From Candidatus Latescibacterota bacterium (lineage in GTDB: Bacteria; Latescibacterota; UBA2968; UBA8231), in contig CBDCNM010000001.1 of the NCBI GenBank assembly GCA_965219385.1, positions 360,631 to 424,630 on the forward strand: a stretch of 64,000 nucleotides of DNA. The letters are read 5' to 3'. A program made the translations under genes and the position numbers. Shown here in pieces: positions 59,403 to 64,000 of this stretch (positions are counted from its first letter, which is position 1; the number at the start of each line of letters is the position of its first letter). Below the pieces are notes generated by a model that was not told where the DNA came from, searched no databases, and was given only the letters and a program-made list of their open reading frames with translations.

Positions 59403-61139
59403 CTATTGGGACGAGCCGGCGGCGTCCGGGTCCCAGATCGCTACCGGATTCGCCGGGTCCGGATCGACGGGCCAGAGCCCGCGGCCGCTTCCCGTGAACG
59501 GAATGGAGGCGAAGTCCAGGGTGCAGACCCCGGGGCCGTCGAACAGCAGGCCGCGCTCCCAGGGGGCGTCGAAGGCCGCCATCCACCCGGTCATGTTCTT
59601 GGCCATGACCGCGAGGGCGGCGTCCGGCTGCAGCCCGACGCACTCGTAGAAGGCCGGATCCGGGGTCAGGGCCGGGTACGAGCAGGCGACGAGTTGGATC
59701 TGCCCCGACTCGATGACCGCGGCTTCCCCCATCGAGAAGGCTTGGCCCGTGTAGGCTCCGCCTCGGGTCTTGTAGTTGCCCTCGCCCGTCCAGATCACGC
59801 GCCCTTCCCAAGAGACCGGCGGGTCGCCGGTGGTGAAGCGGGTCGCCCCGCGGCGGGCCGCGGCGACGGTGCCTGGGTCGACCACCCAGAGCAGCACCTT
59901 GCCAGGCAGTTCTTCGCAAAGCGGCAACAGCCGCCGCAGGGCCTCGGCGCTGTGGCCGGGGGAGCCTCCAGAGGTCGCGTCCGCGGTGTCGACTAGCACC
60001 CAGGGCTCTGGACCCTTGCGCCGGAGCTTCTGCAGGATCTCGGGCCAGGGGGTGAGTTGGCTTCTCCAGTGGTGCCTCTGGGCGTACCACTCGCTGGCGA
60101 GCTTCTGCAGCTCATCGAGGGGGACGCCTCCTCCGGTGGCGGTGACGACCACGGAGGAACCCATTTCGTCGATGTCCATCCAAGGCTGCACCGGCAGGAT
60201 GCAGACGTCGAGGACGTCTTCGTGCCGTCGTTCCAGTTCGCGGGCGCGGGTGAGCAGGTCGCACAGGTGGCCCGCGAAATGAGTGCTGTCCGTCGGCGGC
60301 ATCAGAGCGGACACCTTGGCCGCAGCGCGGGTGAAAGGGCCCGAGTGCAGGGCCAAGCGCGCGGCACGCTCGCCGGTGGCGGTGAAGTCCATGCGCCTGC
60401 GAATATGCGCTGAGTCATAAAGCTCAGTGCCGATCCAGTTGCGGTGGAGCTTCTCTGCTGCTTGGTATGTAGAGCCTCCTCCTCCAAAAGGATCAAAGAC
60501 AGTATCTCCTGGCTCGGTTGAAATAAGGATGGCTCGTTCGGGAATTACCAGCTTTAGTTCATTTACCCCTGGCCGAACCTTAAACTTTTTATGGCGATTA
60601 GGAGAGGTATCCGTCCAAAAATCCGTCAAATTCACTCCTGCGGGATTCATCTTGTTGCGGTGGCCGCCGTAGTCTCGAATTTCCTTACCGCAATGTCGGC
60701 AGGTTTCAATTGGCAGGCGAAGCTTATTGAACACGCGGGGTGTGCCTCGGGTATAGTAGAGGAGGGCATAATGTGCTGGATAGAGCTTTTTCCCACGTGG
60801 GTAGGTTCCCTTCATGGTAAGCGCAATCCAGTGCCTGAAGTCCAATCGTTCCCCCATGATCGGAGCAAACTGGACCGCGAGTTCCGGTGTAGCGTAGAGG
60901 AAAAACGCGCCACCCGGTTTTAAAATTCGGCAGCACTCAAGAATCCATTCCCGGCACCAAATCAAATACTCAGCCCGCGTCAGCTTATCATTGTAGCCAT
61001 TCTTGTAGTCCTTCCCGATGTTGAATGGAGGATCGGCAAAGATGGTATCGATGACCTCCGACTTCATGCGCTCAAGCACCTGAAGACAATCGGCGTCGTA
61101 GAGAACGCCGTGGGATGTGGTCAAAAACGGCTGATTCAT
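59403..61139 (-). CDS. Chimeric ORF: BamHI-like N4-C/N6-A DNA methyltransferase (~250 aa) fused to MlrC/M81 peptidase C-terminal part
   Basis: FADPPFN, CRHCGKEIRDYGG, DPFGGGG; from ~60392 DFTATGERAARL, QPWMD, DTADATSGG; GC rises at junction. Confidence 0.8.
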   Translation of the reverse strand: MNQPFLTTSHGVLYDADCLQVLERMKSEVIDTIFADPPFNIGKDYKNGYNDKLTRAEYLIWCREWILECCRILKPGGAFFLYATPELAVQFAPIMGERLDFRHWIALTMKGTYPRGKKLYPAHYALLYYTRGTPRVFNKLRLPIETCRHCGKEIRDYGGHRNKMNPAGVNLTDFWTDTSPNRHKKFKVRPGVNELKLVIPERAILISTEPGDTVFDPFGGGGSTYQAAEKLHRNWIGTELYDSAHIRRRMDFTATGERAARLALHSGPFTRAAAKVSALMPPTDSTHFAGHLCDLLTRARELERRHEDVLDVCILPVQPWMDIDEMGSSVVVTATGGGVPLDELQKLASEWYAQRHHWRSQLTPWPEILQKLRRKGPEPWVLVDTADATSGGSPGHSAEALRRLLPLCEELPGKVLLWVVDPGTVAAARRGATRFTTGDPPVSWEGRVIWTGEGNYKTRGGAYTGQAFSMGEAAVIESGQIQLVACSYPALTPDPAFYECVGLQPDAALAVMAKNMTGWMAAFDAPWERGLLFDGPGVCTLDFASIPFTGSGRGLWPVDPDPANPVAIWDPDAAGSSQ

Positions 61140-61374
61140 TTGAAAACTTTAACGCTCAAAGATGGAGTGGTTACCAGGAGGGAAGTTATACCCTCTTCTC
61201 AAATAGAGTCGTAGAAGCCATCGGCTTTAGCAATGGTAATGTCCTACTAGCTTTACCGTATCTTGTGGCTAGTATTCTTATAAATTTATAAATCTGTAGT
61301 TCCAGGTCAACTATATAGAGGCCATTGTCGAGATCTTCAACCTGCTCAATACGGATAATTTTCGCGACCCTTCC

Positions 61375-61440
61375 AGAGCCTGGACTGGCGAGCACGACGA
61401 ACCCACTTTGAGTCTCAAGCCCCGTCGCATGTAGTGGGTG
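61375..61440 (+). repeat. Diverged copy of mazF segment 50045-50110
   Basis: 66-bp ungapped match with 6 mismatches. Confidence 0.92.
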
Positions 61441-61483
61441 TCACTCTCTACCCGAAGTGGGACCATTCAGAGTAGAGTTACGG

Positions 61484-62293
61484 CTAATTAGAAGCGGTTT
61501 CGTTCCTATTATTAGCCGCGGGAACGACCAGTGGACAGGGGCTGTGGGGGTGGGGAATGACCGTTACCGGGATCTCGTAGACAGCTTCTATTGTTTCGGC
61601 TTGCAGCACCTGCTCAGGAGGGCCTGTCGCCACCTGCCGTCCCTCTTTCAGGAGCAGGACGCGATCGGCGTATTGGGCCGCTAAATTGAGGTCGTGCAGC
61701 ACCATGAGCACGCCCACTTGGCGCTCGGCAAAGGCCCGCGCCACGGTCAAGGTGTGGTGTTGATGGGCCAGGTCCAGGCTGGACGTGGGTTCGTCCAGCA
61801 ACAGATAGCGCGGCCCCTTGTCCACCGCCTCCCAGATCTGCGCCAGTACCCGTCCCAGGTGGACGCGCTGACTCTCTCCCCCCGACAGCGTCGGGTAGAG
61901 GCGATCCTCCAGGTGATCGACGCCGGCCTCCTGCAGGGCCGCCCGCGCAATGGCGTAATCCCGCTGCGTTTCAGGGCCGCGCAGATGGGGGCTCCGGCCC
62001 ATGAGCGCCACTTCGAGTACTCGGAAGGGAAAGCTCAGGCTGGATTGTTGCGGCAAGACGGCGCGGATCTGGGCGCTGGCCTTTTTGTCCCAGGATGCCA
62101 GCACTCGTCCTTCCATCGACACCTTTCCCCTAGTCGGGGACAAGTCCCCGCACAATACTTTCAACAGGGTGGATTTGCCGGCGCCATTGGGCCCCAGAAC
62201 CGCCACCACTTCGCCGGGTCGCACCTGGATGGACACATCTTCCAGCAGGGTGCTCCCGTCCAAGACTACGCGTATATTGCGGCCTTCGAGCAT
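61484..62293 (-). CDS. hmuV: Heme ABC transporter ATPase
   Basis: GPNGAGKS, LSGGESQRV, RVLAQIW, LLLDEPT. Confidence 0.9.
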   Translation of the reverse strand: MLEGRNIRVVLDGSTLLEDVSIQVRPGEVVAVLGPNGAGKSTLLKVLCGDLSPTRGKVSMEGRVLASWDKKASAQIRAVLPQQSSLSFPFRVLEVALMGRSPHLRGPETQRDYAIARAALQEAGVDHLEDRLYPTLSGGESQRVHLGRVLAQIWEAVDKGPRYLLLDEPTSSLDLAHQHHTLTVARAFAERQVGVLMVLHDLNLAAQYADRVLLLKEGRQVATGPPEQVLQAETIEAVYEIPVTVIPHPHSPCPLVVPAANNRNETASN

Positions 62294-63429
62294 CAGAATT
62301 TCCCCAAGCGCCGCCCGCGCTGCAGCAAGTACATGAAGAAGGGACCGCCGATTATCGCCGTCACAATGCCGATGGGGAGTTCAGCCGGGGCGACCAACGT
62401 GCGGGCGATGAGGTCAGCTCCCAGAAGCAGGCTGGCACCCAAAAGAGCGGCACCGGGGAGCAAAAAGCGGTGGTCCGGTCCCAGGGTGAGCCGCAGCAGG
62501 TGGGGCACGACCAGACCGACAAAGCCGATGATGCCGGCCACGGCTACCGCCGCTCCCACGGACAAAGCGACCAGGAGAACTACTGAACGCTTGAGGCGCT
62601 CGACATCGCAGCCGAGATGGCCGGCTTCGGCCTCGCCCAGCAGCAGGGCGTTGAGGGGACGGGCGTAGCGCAATACCGCCAGGGTCGCAAGCCCGGTGAA
62701 CGGTGCAGCCGCGGCCACCGCCGGCCAGGTAGCCCCGCCCAGACTGCCCAGGCTCCAGAACGTCAGGCTGCGTAGTTGGGCGTCGTCCGCCACAAAGGTG
62801 AATACCCCGGTGATGGCCCCGGCCACGGCGTTGATGGCGATGCCGGCTAGCAGCATGGTGGATACGGAGACGCTGCCGTGGATCAGCGACAGGCGATAGA
62901 CCAGCAAGGTCGTGGCGGCACCACCGCCAAAAGCGGCGATGGACAGGGCAAAAGGCCCCAGCGTCTGGGTGGCGAAATCCAGCGTGGTCGCCCCCAGGAC
63001 AATGACGGCCACCGCGGCTACGGCCGCGCCACTGGAAACGCCGATGAGGCCGGGATCGGCCAGGGGATTGCGAAACAGGCCCTGCATGGCAGCGCCCGCA
63101 ACGGCCAGGCCACTGCCGATCAACATCCCCAGCAGGATCCGCGGCAGGCGAATGCTGAGGACGATGGCCTCGTGGTGGGGCTCAAAAGCCCAGGGCAGGG
63201 TCAGGTCCAGCCCTTTGCCGAGTACGGCCAGCACCTGGCCGGGGCTCATGGAGACGGCACCCGTTCCCAGGCACACCATGCTCAGCAGCCCCAGAAAGAC
63301 CGTTAGTAGCATTAGACCCAGGGCGCCCTTTTCCCCGGCCGAGACCTTTTGCAATAAGCGGCGCTTGGCTTGGTGCAGAGAAGACTCGGCTTGGGGTAGG
63401 GCGGCCTCGGCCGCTTTAATCAGGTTCAT
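62293..63429 (-). CDS. hmuU: Heme ABC transporter permease (FecCD)
   Basis: RLPRIL, FRNPLADPGLIGVSSGA, LGEAEAGHLG, ELPIG. Confidence 0.9.
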   Translation of the reverse strand: MNLIKAAEAALPQAESSLHQAKRRLLQKVSAGEKGALGLMLLTVFLGLLSMVCLGTGAVSMSPGQVLAVLGKGLDLTLPWAFEPHHEAIVLSIRLPRILLGMLIGSGLAVAGAAMQGLFRNPLADPGLIGVSSGAAVAAVAVIVLGATTLDFATQTLGPFALSIAAFGGGAATTLLVYRLSLIHGSVSVSTMLLAGIAINAVAGAITGVFTFVADDAQLRSLTFWSLGSLGGATWPAVAAAAPFTGLATLAVLRYARPLNALLLGEAEAGHLGCDVERLKRSVVLLVALSVGAAVAVAGIIGFVGLVVPHLLRLTLGPDHRFLLPGAALLGASLLLGADLIARTLVAPAELPIGIVTAIIGGPFFMYLLQRGRRLGKF

Positions 63430-64000
63430 TGTTTTCAGCTTTATTCGGGGTGTCGTACAGGGCTCGATTCAACGCCAGGGCCGCTTGGCCCAAACGGGGA
63501 CCAAATCCCAACAACAAGAGCCCATCCATTGACAGGATCCGGCCTTGTTGCCCTGCTGGCGTCAGCTCGAGCCCAGGTAATTGCCAGAGCCCCTGGGTAC
63601 CGCCGATGCTCTCCAAGCCACTGTCCATGAGCAGGATGACATCGGGCGCCGCGGCCACGGCCGCTTCAGAGGTGAGCGGCTTGTACCCACTATAGCCCTG
63701 GATGGCGTTGGCGCCGCCGGCCAGGCCGATCATGGTATCGGCTCCGGTGTCCTGGCCGGCGACCATCAGCGTGCCCTGGCCCCGGGCGTAGAGAAAGAGG
63801 ATTTTGGCTTTGGCCGCGGTCTGGGGGATGGAGGATTTTACCTGATGCAGATCTTCTTTGAGGGTTTGGATCAGCGCCGCACCGCGCGCCTGGACGTCTA
63901 GCGCGGCGGCGATGCGTTCGATCGTGTTGATGGCACCCTCTACCGTGGGTTCGTGGGGCAGGACGAGCACCGTTACGCCGGCGCTCTTGAGCTGTTGGAT
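63416..64000 (-). CDS. hmuT: Heme ABC transporter substrate-binding protein, 5' partial
   Basis: GYKPLTSEA, TPAG, MDGLLLLGFGPR; frame runs off window end. Confidence 0.85.
   Translation of the reverse strand: MQQLKSAGVTVLVLPHEPTVEGAINTIERIAAALDVQARGAALIQTLKEDLHQVKSSIPQTAAKAKILFLYARGQGTLMVAGQDTGADTMIGLAGGANAIQGYSGYKPLTSEAAVAAAPDVILLMDSGLESIGGTQGLWQLPGLELTPAGQQGRILSMDGLLLLGFGPRLGQAALALNRALYDTPNKAENNEPD

Noticed and set aside
1..64000. CRISPR array, tRNA or rRNA genes
   Set aside because: No regularly spaced repeat-spacer run, cas gene or recognisable structural RNA seen by eye; the 36-bp-period units at 18266 are only three and lie in a CDS

Overview
GC-rich bacterial window (secreted-protein C-terminal motifs suggest Latescibacterota/Gemmatimonadota-like affiliation; inference only) that is mostly a mosaic defence island. 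Host-type genes: SBP/HAMP/OFA-MFS cluster, TonB-dependent receptor + DUF4249 lipoprotein, RidA/Gfo/cupin, Zn-dehydrogenase, hmuTUV. Defence content: an ATPase(DUF3696)-PIN-RNA ligase trio; a deletion-crippled Ssp phosphorothioation locus; a type 3 BREX lacking brxHII but carrying a Schlafen/AlbA_2 gene and a REase-STAND NTPase; an orphan hsdS; a radC-UvrD-type III RM operon whose Res subunit ends in an antitoxin-like tail overlapping a (frameshifted) vapC; mazEF; a Dcm-MORC ATPase-SAM methyltransferase trio; a BamHI-like MTase fused to MlrC. Two complete IS5 elements and a MITE are present. The most striking structural signal is that cassettes are bracketed by short (65-175 bp) direct, often synonymously diverged copies of neighbouring sequence, with no integrase in the window. 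No rRNA, tRNA or CRISPR array was seen. All family calls are from motif recognition by eye, not database searches.
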